DNA of 64,000 nucleotides from an uncultured delta proteobacterium (GTDB taxonomy: Bacteria > Myxococcota > Kuafuiibacteriia > Kuafuiibacteriales > Kuafuiibacteriaceae): assembly GCA_963803435.1 (NCBI GenBank), contig CAWDML010000003.1, positions 384,001-448,000 of the forward strand, in the 5' to 3' direction. A program made the position numbers and the translations under genes. This document shows positions 37,525 to 48,327 of this stretch, piece by piece (position 1 is the first letter of the stretch; each line of letters begins with the position of its first letter). The notes under the pieces were generated by a model that saw only the letters and a program-made list of their open reading frames with translations, searched no databases and was not told the origin of the DNA.

Positions 37525-38140
37525 TCAGGGGATCGTGAAGCGCGCAACGCACTCGGCGCCTTCATCCGCCACCTGTATTGCGATCGCTGGCGAGATCGAG
37601 TCCGCGCACCCGGACCAGCCCGCGAAGTGCGAGTCGTTGACCGTGAGGGCCCTCAGCGACACGGTGGCGCCGGGAGTGACCTGGTAGTCGCAGCGCTCGT
37701 ACTGGCAGAGACCGAGGCCGGCCGCGTCGACGAAGCCGGGGCCGTCGATCACGATCGAGAGCATCGCCAGCGACTTGGCCTCCACCTCGACGTGCAGCAT
37801 GGCGCTGGCCTTCTCGCCCCGCGCGTCGGTCACTTCGACGACCAGATCGAGCGCGCCGTCGCTGGTGACGACCTCACCAAGGCCGTGCGCCGGGTCGAGC
37901 GTGACCGCCGGGTGCATCCACTCGAAGGCGTACGGCTCGAACGCCGCCCTCGGCGACGGCCTCCAGCAGGATCCGGGTGTCGCGGGGGAACGGCCCCTTG
38001 CCGACGGTGCGGGCCTGCACACTGAGCGGCGTGACGCCGCCGTCGGTCGGAGGAGCGGTGGTCTCTCCGCCGCAGCCACCTTTGGCGCCGGCGAGCAGGA
38101 CCGCAAGGGACGAGAAGAGCACGGAATGAACGTTTCGCAT
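37525..38140 (-). CDS. Small exported/lipoprotein with InlB B-repeat-like domain; apparent +1 frameshift at ~37940
   Basis: Signal peptide ending GGC; restored GGVEPYAFEW; C-terminal G.G.V..C...C...GATVSL.A...S.FAGWSGC...C.ARF. Confidence 0.7.
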
Positions 38141-38222
38141 GCCTGAGAGCATGCGGCATAGGTCTGTCAAAACCGGTCAGAGTTGCCGAGCGTTCGACGC
38201 TGGCCGAGGGTCTTGTTCCGCG

Positions 38223-40809
38223 TCACTGAAAGACGACGTTCTCGGTGTCGGAGAGGCGCGGGTGCGTCCCGTCGTCCCAGGTGCAGGTCACGGGAACGGT
38301 GGTCTGCACGCAGACGCGGAACGTCGAGCTGTAGATCCCGGCCGTCGGCTCGGTGAACCCGTTCGGGAAGTCGACGTCACCGGCGACCTGGAGATTGTCG
38401 ATGCCGGCGCGCCCGTTCGAGCTGGGGAAGAAGATCCGGATCAGCAGGCTGCTGCAGTTGTTGGCGTAGGCCGGCAGGTTGAAGCTGTAGTCCGTACAGT
38501 TGTCGGTGCCGTCGCTCGCCTGATTGAGCGCCGTCCCGAAGGTGGTGGGCGCACAGCCGGTGCCGCAGCACCCCTGGACCTGGACGTTGTCGCCGTTGTT
38601 CGGATTGGTGCGATAGCCGACGCGCAGGGCGATCGCGAGGTTGCTCAGGCCGGTGGCGTCGATCGGCGGTGACACCTGGAAGAAGGCGGCGGCCTGCCGG
38701 TCGATCTGGACGTATCGCCCCGTGTTGCAGCTGGCGGGGAAGCCGTCCGGAAAGGTGCGGATGGAGACGTCGAGGACGCTGCTCCGGCTGCCCCAGCGTC
38801 CGAAGGTGTTGCTCACGAACGTCTCGAGCGGCAGCACGTCAATCGCGGGCGACGTGCAGGCGAGGGCGGCGGCGGCGTTGTCGTAGCCGTCGAGGTCCAC
38901 GGTGAGGGTCGCATCGGTGCAGACCGCCCGCGGGCTGTTCGTGGTCAACACCAGCGTCTGGGGGAGGCAGGCCAAGCAGTCGGTGTTACACGCGACCCGG
39001 GTGTCGTCGCAGTCGGCGGCGGTGCACGTGTTCCCGGCCCCGCCGGCGGTCCCGAAGCCGTCGCCGTCGAGATCGATGCACGTGTCGGCGCAATCGGCGA
39101 CGGCATCGGCGTCCGCGTCGCTGATGCAGTCGGTCGTGCAGGTGTTGACCGCGTCGTTGCAGTCGGTGCCGGTGCAGCCGGGACCTACTCCATAGCCGTC
39201 GTTGTCGACGTCGACGCAGTTGTCCGCGCAGTCCGGCGTGCCGTCGTGGTCGACGTCGGCCGCGCAGTTGTTCGTGCAGGTAGCCACGGTGTCGTTGCAG
39301 TCGGCGCCGAGGCACGTGTTGCCGGCGCCGCCAGCCGCCCCGTAGTTGTCGTGATCGGAGTCGAGGCACGTGTCCGCACAGTCGGCGACGCCGTCCGCGT
39401 CGATGTCCGCGCCGCAGTTGTTCGTGCAGGTCGCGACCGTGTCGTCGCAGTCGGCGCCGAGGCACGTGTTGCCCGCACCGCCCGCGTTGCCGTAGCCGTC
39501 GGCGTCGGCGTCGAGGCAGGTGTCCGCGCAGTCCGGGATGGCGTCGCCGTCGGTATCGGTCGTACAGTCGTCGGTGCAGGTCGGAACGGTGTCGTCGCAG
39601 TCCGCGGCCGCGCAGTCGTTGCCCGCGCCGCCCGCCACGCCGAATCCGTCGCCGTCGACGTCGAGGCACGTGTCCATGCAGTCGATCGTCCCGTCGAGGT
39701 CGGCGTCCGCGGTGCAGTCGACGTTGCAGGCGGTGAGCGTCTCGTCGCAGTCGGCGGCGATGCAGGCGGGTCCGACGCCGTAGCCGTCCCCGTCCGGATC
39801 GACGCAGTCGTCGTCGCAGTCGCGCATGGTGTCGCCGTCCGAGTCCGTCGTGCAATCGGTGTTGCAGGTGGCCACGGTGTCGTCGCAGTCGGGACCGTCG
39901 CATCCGCCTACGCCGCCGCCCGGATCGCCGTAGTTGTCGCCGTCGACGTCGAGGCAGGGATCGGCGCAGTCGGCCAGCGCGTCGCCGTCGACGTCGGCGC
40001 TGCAGTCGGTGTTGCAGGTCGCGACCGCGTCGTCGCAGTCGGGACCGATGCAGGCATCCCCGCCGCCGCCCGCGACGCCGTAGCCATCCCCGTCGGCGTC
40101 GAGGCAGTCGTCGCGGCAATCGGGAATCTGGTCCTGATCGACGTCGTCGCACTGGCTCGTGCAGAGGTCGCTGGTGTCGTCGCAGTCCGGCCCGAGGCAG
40201 TCATTTCCGCCGCCGCCTGCCGCACCGTAACCGTCTCCGTCGGCGTCGAGACAGGTGTCATCGCAATCGATCACGCCGTCCTGATCGGTGTCTCCTGCGC
40301 AGGTGCAGTCGGAGGGCTCGCCGGTGCAGACATATCCGGGCTCGGTCCCGCAGTCGCGATCGCAGCCGTCGCCCGGCGTCTGATTGCCGTCGTCGCAGCC
40401 CTCGCCGGCGCTGACCTGTCCGTCCCCGCACTTGCGCAACGCTTCGAGCGTGGCGTCCGCCGAGACGAGCTGCTTCAGCGCGGGCGTGATGACGATCGTG
40501 GTGGCCAGGACGGCTCGGCTCTGCGCCAGGCCGCTGATCAACAGATGGATCTCCTGGCCCGCCAGCGCGTCGGGGAGCAGGAGGACGACCGAGTCCTCAC
40601 CGCTGGTGAGCGGCCGGGGCGTCTCCGGAGCTCGGCCCGACTCGAAGGCTGGCGCGCCGCCGTCGAGCGTTCCCGAGATCTCGAACTGATCGAGCCCGGC
40701 GCTTCCGTCGTACCGCAGCGTGGAGATCGATTCCCGTCAGATCCGTCTCGACCTTTTCGTGACAGGCGAACGTGCCGAGAGCGAGCGCAGCCACCAGCAG
40801 ACTTCGCAC
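38223..40809 (-). CDS. Cys/Asp-rich repeat surface lipoprotein; apparent +1 frameshift at ~40722
   Basis: LGTFAC lipobox-like signal; one myxobacterial CGDG..EGCDDGN..GDGC repeat; nine DxDxDG/Cys repeats; unique C-terminal beta domain. Confidence 0.82.
38976..40298 (-). repeat. Nine tandem 46-50 aa Asp/Cys repeats (thrombospondin type 3-like, probable Ca-binding)
   Basis: Unit D.D.D...DC.D.C.D.DGDGYG..GG.GN.C...DCDD....C...C with six Cys; units 4 and 8 are the short GVGP variant. Confidence 0.88.
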
Positions 40810-40811
40810 GG

Positions 40812-41450
40812 CTACCTCCTATCCAGCACGCCGAGCTCCCCCATGGGGAGAACGGTGCCACCGTTGCTGGTCGCGATGACCGCCACCGCGGTGCCGCCCG
40901 CCACGGCGACCCCACCGAGCACGGTCCAGAACCACCAGGTGGTGTAGAACGGCTCGGAGGCCGTCTCGACGACCGGCGGCGGTGGGGGCGGCGGTGCAAT
41001 CGAGGGCGGCGGCGGCGGCGGGGCCGGCGGCTCGACCACCTCGGGCTCGATCGGCGGCGGCGGCTCGGGCGGGGCCGCCCTCTCTTGCTTGGTCAGCTCG
41101 TCGTGGGCCTCCCGGATCAATCGCTCGACATCCTCCCGATACGGTGTCGAAGGTCGGTCGCTGAGGAACGCCTCGAAGTTCGGAATCGCCTTCTGGTACT
41201 CACCGAGGAAGAGCTGGCACTGGCCCATGTTGTAGAGGAGCGCGGGCACCGGGAAGAGGGCGTAGGCCTTCTCGAACTCGCTGAGCGCCTTCTGGTAACT
41301 CTTCGCCTGGAACAGCGAGGCCGCCGCTTGCGCGTGGCTCTTCGCCTGCCGCTTCTGTCGCTCGCCCTTGTCCGCGTTCGCGGGAGTGGGCGCGGTGACC
41401 GCGAGGCCGAGGGCCGCGATGAGACCGATCGTTCGCACGTACGCCGCCAT
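40812..41450 (-). CDS. Exported TPR protein with Pro linker and C-terminal TM (PFYTTWWFW)
   Basis: Signal peptide, TPRs (YQKALSEFEKAY..P.LLYNMGQC), poly-Pro, hydrophobic tail; ATG 41450. Confidence 0.85.
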   Translation of the reverse strand: MAAYVRTIGLIAALGLAVTAPTPANADKGERQKRQAKSHAQAAASLFQAKSYQKALSEFEKAYALFPVPALLYNMGQCQLFLGEYQKAIPNFEAFLSDRPSTPYREDVERLIREAHDELTKQERAAPPEPPPPIEPEVVEPPAPPPPPPSIAPPPPPPPVVETASEPFYTTWWFWTVLGGVAVAGGTAVAVIATSNGGTVLPMGELGVLDRR

Positions 41451-41452
41451 CG

Positions 41453-43487
41453 TCACTCCGCAAACGGATCGATCAACGTGCCCCGCTTCAGCCGCTCTCG
41501 CTCCTTCTTCGGCGCGGCCGGCTCTGCCTTGCGCTCGGGCCGTGCCACGGACCTCGCCAAGCGCTTCCTGGCGCGATGTCGCTCCCGCTTCTTCACGGGC
41601 TTCGTCGGCAGGGCGGGCGGCTTGAACGTCTCGTCCCGAGCCGGTGGGGTCTCCGGCGCCGGGTCGGGCTCGACCTGTCAATCGAGCGCCGCCGAGGTCG
41701 TCTCGGGCTCCGGCGCGATCAGCACGGGCTGTCGGACCTCCGGGTCGGAGTCCGGCTCGTACTGCGCCATCGCGAAGGCGGCCGCCGCCAGAGTGAACAA
41801 GAGCGCCCCGACCGCGACCGGGAAGAAGGAGCGCCGCGGCTGGAGCCTGATCTCGGCGCTCAGGCTTGCCGGACCCTCCGCAGGATCGAACGCGGCGGTG
41901 CTCCGGTCGATGGGGAGAGTGTCCGACCGCGGACTGAGATCGCTGTGCGAGCGCGGGCGGACAATCTCGGTCTCGCGGTCATTGAGTAGGCCGGAGCTCT
42001 CGGGAAGATCGAGCTGGTTGCTGAACACCCCGCGGGCCCGCACGATCATCGTGGGTACGCGCCGGGGATCGTTCCGCGTGGGGAGCACCAGGTCCTCCGT
42101 GGTCCAGCTCCCGCGCGGCTTGAACTTCGACTTGGGGCAATCGTTCGGGAGCTGCTGCACGCCGCCGATCGCCTTCGGCTCCGAGAGCTCGGCGGCGGAG
42201 AGGAGCGTAGGCGCGCCGCGCTCGCCGTTCGGGCTTCGCGGGATGATCTCAGGCCAAGAGATCTCCGGCTCCTCCTCCGCGTACGGCGCCTCCTCGTCGA
42301 GGTCCTCCAGCACGACACCGGGCAGCGGCACCGGCTCCTCCTCGGTGTCCTCGTTGATCAGAATCGCCCGTCAGGGGCGCTTGGAGCCGTTGCTCGGCGG
42401 GATCGAGGTGCGGGCGCGCCCGCGGCCGGTCGGGCACCGCGCGCTCGAGCAGCCCGAGCTTCTGCTGCGACGCCAGGATGTCGATGTCGTCCCGGGTGGT
42501 CGCCTCGTTGTCGACCCGATGATCGCGCGCGTAGACGTATGTGGTGGTCACCGGGATCTCCACCTGACCGCTCGGTGAAGGTGGCTCGACCAACACCAGG
42601 CCGTCGGTGGACAACGCTCGGCGCAGGTCGGGTGTGACGGAGGGTTGCGGCTGAGGTTTGGAGGGCGCGAGCGCGATCGGCGAGTAGCCGAGGTCGTCGA
42701 GGCGCGCGAGCACGTCCCGCCCCGACTGGGGCCGCCCGGTCGGATCCGGGTCGATCATCGCCGCGATGAGGGCGGCCAGCCCGGTCTCGCCGCAGGGCGT
42801 CTTGCCGATCAGCTCGGCCGCGATCGAACCGAGCGCGAAGACGTCACCGGCCTTGCTGGCTCCGGAGGACCGGGTCGCCTCGGGTGCCGCGTAGTCGCGC
42901 CCTGTGCGAAGCCGCACCGCCTGGGACGAGCGGGCGAGCGAGCCCAGCCCGAAGTCGAGGACCTTGACCACATCCCGCCGGCCCTTGGGACCGACCATGA
43001 CGTTGGTGGGTGAGAGGTTCTTGTGGACGAGGTCAGCATCGTGGGCCTCGGCCAGCGCGGCGGCAATCTGCGCGCAGATGGAGCCGACGCGATCGAGGTC
43101 GAGCGCCGGCCCGGCCATCATCGCCGCGAGCGTCTGACCGGACGCCAGCTCGGAGGCGATCCAGGTCGTCCCGTCGTCGGTGCCCGCGTCCAGCAGGCGC
43201 GCCACGTTCGGGTGCTGGAGCTCCTTGGCGGCCGCCACCTCCCGGAAGAGCCGCTTGACGACCAGCTCTTGGGTTCCGAAATCCCCGAAGAGCACGCGGA
43301 CGGCCGCGTCCTGAGCGCGATAGATCCGGCCGGTGACGCCCTCCGCGATCAGCGTCTCGAGGATGAAGCGACCGAGCGCGCTCGACGGGTGGGGGTCGTC
43401 ATCCCGATCGACGAGCGTGGTTCCGTCGCCGCTGCACGACACGACCTGCGCCTTGAAGATGGCGCTGCAGCGGGGGCAAACGCGCAC
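41453..43487 (-). CDS. Ser/Thr pseudokinase with TM and C-terminal DPF tail; apparent frameshift (~42362) and internal TGA (41678-41680)
   Basis: CPRC N-terminus; HKNLSPTN replaces HRD and the VAIK Lys is absent; DFG and APE retained. Frame resumes GDLINED... and reads past the TGA to RGTLIDPFAE*. Confidence 0.75.
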
Positions 43488-43605
43488 GCCTCAAAGCATA
43501 AGCGCCTGCACCCGCATGCGCCACTCCCGCCCACCTCCACGCTGGCGGCGTTGGGCATTCCGAGCGAATACAGACGGACCCGAGGTCCGACAGCGTCGTC
43601 GCAAG

Positions 43606-43983
43606 TCAGGTTGCAGACCACACGCCGCGAAGTCCGGGCTCGGTGCGGTGGGTTTTATCCAGGAACTCGTCGTTGTCGAACACGCCCAGCTGGTCGGGCA
43701 TCACCAGCTCGGTCTCGCCGACCCGGACGTGCATACCCGGCTCCAGCCGGAGCCGTCCCTCCACCGGGATGCCGTTGAACCAGCTGCCATTGCGGCTGCC
43801 GAGATCTTCGAACCAAAGCTGACCGTCGCGCATCCAGATCCGCGCATGACGTCGCGAGATCGCGGCGTCCCAGTTGAACTCGACGTCTGCGTCGACCCCC
43901 CGCCGGCCGATGATGGTGCTTCGGCCCCGTCTCAAGGAGAACGCAAATTCTCCAATCGCTGGATGAACGACGCAGATCTTCAT
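43606..43983 (-). CDS. FHA domain protein
   Basis: IIGR, ISRRHARI, EDLGSRNGS, VRVG. Confidence 0.9.
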   Translation of the reverse strand: MKICVVHPAIGEFAFSLRRGRSTIIGRRGVDADVEFNWDAAISRRHARIWMRDGQLWFEDLGSRNGSWFNGIPVEGRLRLEPGMHVRVGETELVMPDQLGVFDNDEFLDKTHRTEPGLRGVWSAT

Positions 43984-44069
43984 GACGAGCTCGACCTTGG
44001 GTTCGTCACGTTCTGAACGGACTTGAGCGCCCGGGTTGTAAAACCTCGAGATGCAGGTGCGACTCCCGA

Positions 44070-44934
44070 TCACAACCCCAGCGCGGAGAGCACCTCGGGA
44101 TACACGCGGGCGGCGAAGAAGCGGGCGCCGGCCACGGTGAAGTGGATCCCATCATGCTGGCGGAGCGGTTGGGCGGACCGAAAGCCCTTCACCTTCATCC
44201 GGCGGACGAGCCGCCCCTTCTTGTCGACGAAATAGGCGCGCGTGCTCAGCCAGGTGGCCCCGTCCTTGGCCTCGACGGCGGCCTTCTGGATGGAGCGGAT
44301 CAACTGGAGCTTCTCCTCGAGGCTCCGGTGATCCATCAGCGGGAGCTCGAGCCAGAGCACGTGTCGCCCGCCCTCGACCAGCAGATCGAGGAACGCCATC
44401 ACGCGCTCGCGGTACGCACCCGTCCAGTCGGGCCCTCGCCAGAGGATCCGGCGGCGGCGGCGGGGCCCCTTGGGCGCGATCAGAATCCTGGCCGTCGTTG
44501 CCGCCGATGATCACGACCACCATGTCCGGCGACTGCCGCTTCACCAGGCGGGCGCCCTCCTTCATCCAGTTGAAGAAGTCCGGCCGGGCCAGACCGGTCG
44601 CGCTCTTTCCGCGCCGGCTGCAGACCACATGATCGTGCGCGTCGAGCGCGTCCTCGAGCGCGCGCCCGAAGTCCGTGGCCGCCATGCTGTCTCCGAGGAT
44701 CAAGACCTTGAAGTCGCGCGGCTCCGGCGGCGGGACCTCGGGCGGCGGCGGAGGCGGTGGCGGTGGCGGTGGCGGTGGCGGCTCGGGCGGAGGGGGCGGC
44801 GCCACGTCGGGCGGCGGCGCCAGCGGATCGGCCCGCGCGATCGGAGACGTCGTCTGCGCCGGCGTCGTCGTCGTCGTGCAATGCGAGAGCTGCGAGCAGA
44901 AGATGCCGAAGAGGAGGATCCTCTGTCGCCGCAT
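44070..44934 (-). CDS. SGNH/GDSL hydrolase (DUF459-like), exported; apparent +1 frameshift at ~44484
   Basis: GDSM, ATGLARPDFFNW, GGNDGQD(L), DGIHFT. Confidence 0.85.
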
Positions 44935-45088
44935 CGGGCGCGGATGCTACCACACTACGGAAGCCGGAAGACTTGGGTCGACCCGCCTGAACCCACGGCC
45001 GTCAGGCGCTCTTTGTAGGCTCGTCTTGAGCGGGCTCTGATCGATCGCCGATCATCGACCCCGAAGAGCCATCCGGTATCATCTCGGC

Positions 45089-45730
45089 GTGACCGCGGGG
45101 AGCTTGGTCCTGGGCTTCGTCTACTATCTGGCCGCGCTCCTCTGTCTCGGTGCGTTCAAGAGCAAGAAGAAGAGCCCCGACACCCGCGGCCGCCTGCGCG
45201 CGCACGCCGACGCCGTCCGTTCGTTCCTCCTCGCCGTCGCGAAGCGCGGCACTCACCTCCCCGAGCTGGCCCGGGCCGCCGCGCCCTGGCTCGCCCTGGC
45301 GATCCTCCTCGCGCTCGTCGGCTTCGTCCGCCAGCTCAACCTTCAGGTCCTCCTGACGCAGACCTTCCAGACCGAGGCCATCGTCGAGGGCTGGTACGAC
45401 GCGCGCCGCGCCCGCCAGCTCCAGATCGTGTCGGGCATGGCGGCGGGGGCCGCCCTCACGATCGGGGTCCTCATGATCCTGCTCCGCCGCCGCCTCTCCG
45501 ACGTCGGCCTCCCGATGATGGCGTTCGTGATGCTGGTGCTGCTCCTCGCCGTCCGCACCGTGTCGAACCACCAGATCGACGCGGTCCTCCTCGAGCCCAT
45601 GCTCGGCGTCCCGCCCGCCTACGCGCTGGAGCTGCTCCTGCTCGCCGTCATCTCGGCGACCGCGCTCCGCTCGAGCCGCCGCCGGCCTCCGAAGCCCACC
45701 GCTCCGCTGGTGGCGCGGATCGAGCCTTGA
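45089..45730 (+). CDS. Hypothetical integral membrane protein
   Basis: About five hydrophobic helices; strong GC3 bias; EGWYDARR..Q motif. Confidence 0.7.
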   Translation: MTAGSLVLGFVYYLAALLCLGAFKSKKKSPDTRGRLRAHADAVRSFLLAVAKRGTHLPELARAAAPWLALAILLALVGFVRQLNLQVLLTQTFQTEAIVEGWYDARRARQLQIVSGMAAGAALTIGVLMILLRRRLSDVGLPMMAFVMLVLLLAVRTVSNHQIDAVLLEPMLGVPPAYALELLLLAVISATALRSSRRRPPKPTAPLVARIEP

Positions 45731-45731
45731 C

Positions 45732-48212
45732 TCAGATCGCCAGCCAATAGCTCAGCTTGAACAGCACCGTGTCGAGCGTCGGCGAGGTGACCAGGCCGCT
45801 GAAGTCGCGTCCCAGATCGAGCGTGCCGTGCTGGTCGTCGTCGAGGCTCTGCTCGTGGGACCACACCAGGTAGAGCGTGGAGCCGAGGAGGTACTCCCAG
45901 CGGATCACGACGTTGGAGCGGAGCTGGGCGAAGATGAAGCGGTCGTCCCCGTCGTAGTCGTAGGGGCTGAAACGATCGCGGTAGCGGGCCGCGTGCGGAT
46001 CGGTGACCGCACGGAAGTTCTCGTATCTCCCGGCCGAAAGGTACGGTGACGCGTAGATCTGCAGGCTCAGGTCCGGCGTCAGCGTCCAGTTCGCGCGGAG
46101 CGCCACGCTGGCGGTGAGCTGGCGGAGATGACCCACGATCGAGAGGTCGTCGATCTCGTCGACCCACTGGAAGTCGCGGATGTCGCGCTCGACGGTGGGC
46201 TGGAGCGAGATCTCGACCGAGGACGCGGGCCGCATCTTGAGGAGGATGTACGTGCCGAAGTAGCCGCCGCTGCGATCGTCGTTGTAACCGCCGAAGACCT
46301 CACCGAGGAAGTTGACGGGGGCGCGATCGTCCGTCTGACCGCCGATCCAGCCGAACCAATCACCCGGGCGCTCGATCCCCGAGCCGCCGAACAGGGCGTT
46401 GACGCTGAGCGCCTCCAGATCGCGTCCGGCGCCGAAGTAGAAGTACGAGGTGTCCGGGAAGGTGAAGGTCGCGTTGACGTTGCCGCCCACGCTCGTGATC
46501 TCGTTGCCGAAGGTCTTCGTGCCCGAAAGGTTCACGTTGATGACGTAATTGCGGTAGCCGGGGCCGGGGTCGTCCTCCCGATACTGCGCCCAGAGGAAGC
46601 CGAGCTGTTGATCCGCGCGCGGGAGGTAGCCGAGCGGGTTGGGATCGAACCCGGGGCTGGTGACCACGACGCCGGCCGCGCCGCGCCAGTCCTTGCCGTT
46701 CGTCTTGCCCGCGACGATCGAGGTGCCCCAGCCGGCCAGACTCTCGCGGTCAGGGTCGAGCGTCAGATGCGCGGCGTCGGGACGCTGGAAGTAGTGCACG
46801 CTCGATCGCTGCACCTCCTCGATCGCCGCCGGTGTCCCGGCGAGCTCCGAGCCGAACACCCGGGCGAGGAGCTGGTAGTCGCCGATGCGATGGCTGAAGT
46901 CGGCGCCGCCCGCGACAGCCTGCGTGACCAGCTCGCTGTTGGTGTCGGCTTCGGAGCGCCGGACCAGGTGCGTCAGGATGACGCCGGTGGTGGTCTGCCC
47001 GTTGCGGAAGTCCTTGGAGACGCGCGCCACCAGCGCGTTCGAGAGCGGCTCGAGCGTGCGCTGGTGGAGCCCGTCCGGGCCGCTGATCGTCCCCTCGGTG
47101 CCGTCGGTGAGGGCGTCGAGCAGGCCGATCCCCCAGCCGTCGTTCGTCTTCCCCGTCAGCTTGACCGCTCCCAGGATGGGCGTGTTGGCGGGTGCATCCT
47201 CGATCTCCTCGTCGTCCGTCAGGCTGCTGCCGCCCGTCGGCGCGCGACCGATCCGCCGGGTGTAGAAGAGGCGGTAGCGACCGAGGTCGCCGTCCCCGTA
47301 GCCGAAGGGAAAGTCGAGCTGCTCCTTGCCCTCGAGGAAGAAGCTCCGCTTCTCGTCGAAGAAGACCTCGGTCGACGACAGGTTCAGCACGCTCGGGTCC
47401 GACTCGACCTGCCCGAAGTCCGGGTTGATGCTCACCGCCAGGTTCATCGACGCGCCCAGACCGAGCCTCATCTCGCCGCCGAGCGTGCCCTTGAGGCTCC
47501 GATCGCCGTCGTCGACCTCGACCCCGCCGAGGGCATACGGCTCCAGCGACAGCGCGGAGCTGCTCGGCAGCGCTTCCAGCCCCTCGAGCTGCGCGAAGTG
47601 TCGGACCAGCGTGGTGGTGCCGTGCGGCGTCGAGCTGAAGAAGCTGCGCTCGCTCTTCCGCGTGAGGTCGCGCCCGACCTGGAACCCCCACCGCCCCTCC
47701 TCGGTGTTGTAGCGGAGCTGGTTGAACGGGATGCGGAACTCTGCGGTCCACCCCACGCTCGAGGTCGTCGTCCGCACGTCCCAGATGCCGTCCCAGTTGA
47801 CGTCCTCGACCTCGTCGTTCACCCGCGCGTCCTGTTTCACGTCCACCGGGTTGACCGAGAATCGGTACGCCGAGCGCCCGTCCCCGAACGTGTCCAGCCA
47901 GACGTGGATCCAATCGGAGGTGGAGACCTCGTCGCGCCGCGTCAGCCTTCCGACGATCTGATCCGGCTGCGAGTCGAACGCCTCCACCAGGAAGTAGACC
48001 GCGTCGTCGTCGTAGGCCGACTTCACGCGCGTCCGTTCGCTCGGCGGCGCGCCCTCGTTCGGATCGTACTGCACGAAGCCGTCGGACCAGGCGACCTCCT
48101 TCCAGCCCAAATCATCGCCGGTGCCGTCGATCTCGATCGTTCCCGACTTCACACGGTGGGCCGCCGCCGACGTGCTGCTGGCAGCGAGCAGAATGAGGAG
48201 AGGAATCGACAT
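45732..48212 (-). CDS. CBM9-like/DUF5916 outer-membrane protein
   Basis: Signal peptide, IEIDG..D..W, GWTAEFRIPF.QLRY, NPDFGQVESDP, FF.EKR.FFLEG, FYTRRIG, terminal FKLSYW. Confidence 0.88.
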   Translation of the reverse strand: MSIPLLILLAASSTSAAAHRVKSGTIEIDGTGDDLGWKEVAWSDGFVQYDPNEGAPPSERTRVKSAYDDDAVYFLVEAFDSQPDQIVGRLTRRDEVSTSDWIHVWLDTFGDGRSAYRFSVNPVDVKQDARVNDEVEDVNWDGIWDVRTTTSSVGWTAEFRIPFNQLRYNTEEGRWGFQVGRDLTRKSERSFFSSTPHGTTTLVRHFAQLEGLEALPSSSALSLEPYALGGVEVDDGDRSLKGTLGGEMRLGLGASMNLAVSINPDFGQVESDPSVLNLSSTEVFFDEKRSFFLEGKEQLDFPFGYGDGDLGRYRLFYTRRIGRAPTGGSSLTDDEEIEDAPANTPILGAVKLTGKTNDGWGIGLLDALTDGTEGTISGPDGLHQRTLEPLSNALVARVSKDFRNGQTTTGVILTHLVRRSEADTNSELVTQAVAGGADFSHRIGDYQLLARVFGSELAGTPAAIEEVQRSSVHYFQRPDAAHLTLDPDRESLAGWGTSIVAGKTNGKDWRGAAGVVVTSPGFDPNPLGYLPRADQQLGFLWAQYREDDPGPGYRNYVINVNLSGTKTFGNEITSVGGNVNATFTFPDTSYFYFGAGRDLEALSVNALFGGSGIERPGDWFGWIGGQTDDRAPVNFLGEVFGGYNDDRSGGYFGTYILLKMRPASSVEISLQPTVERDIRDFQWVDEIDDLSIVGHLRQLTASVALRANWTLTPDLSLQIYASPYLSAGRYENFRAVTDPHAARYRDRFSPYDYDGDDRFIFAQLRSNVVIRWEYLLGSTLYLVWSHEQSLDDDQHGTLDLGRDFSGLVTSPTLDTVLFKLSYWLAI

Positions 48213-48240
48213 CGATCAGGCCGGAAGCCCGCCGTCTGTG

Positions 48241-48256
48241 TGCATCGCACATGCCA
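48241..48256 (-). promoter_or_regulatory. sigma54-like promoter of the DUF5916 gene
   Basis: Minus strand TGGCATGTGCGATGCA with correct spacing, 29 bp upstream of the ATG. Confidence 0.55.
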
Positions 48257-48327
48257 GCGCAGTGCGGAGGAAACCGAAGAGCTGGCTGCAGCATTCCCGC
48301 TTCAGCCGCCGCAGTCCATCGGATGCA

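Noticed and set aside
38976-40298. Regularly spaced repeats as a CRISPR array
   Set aside because: Degenerate, in-frame protein-coding repeats; no cas genes in the window.
43507-43523. TGGCGCATGCGGGTGCA upstream of the pseudokinase as a sigma54 promoter
   Set aside because: GG-to-GC spacing is 11 rather than the required 10.
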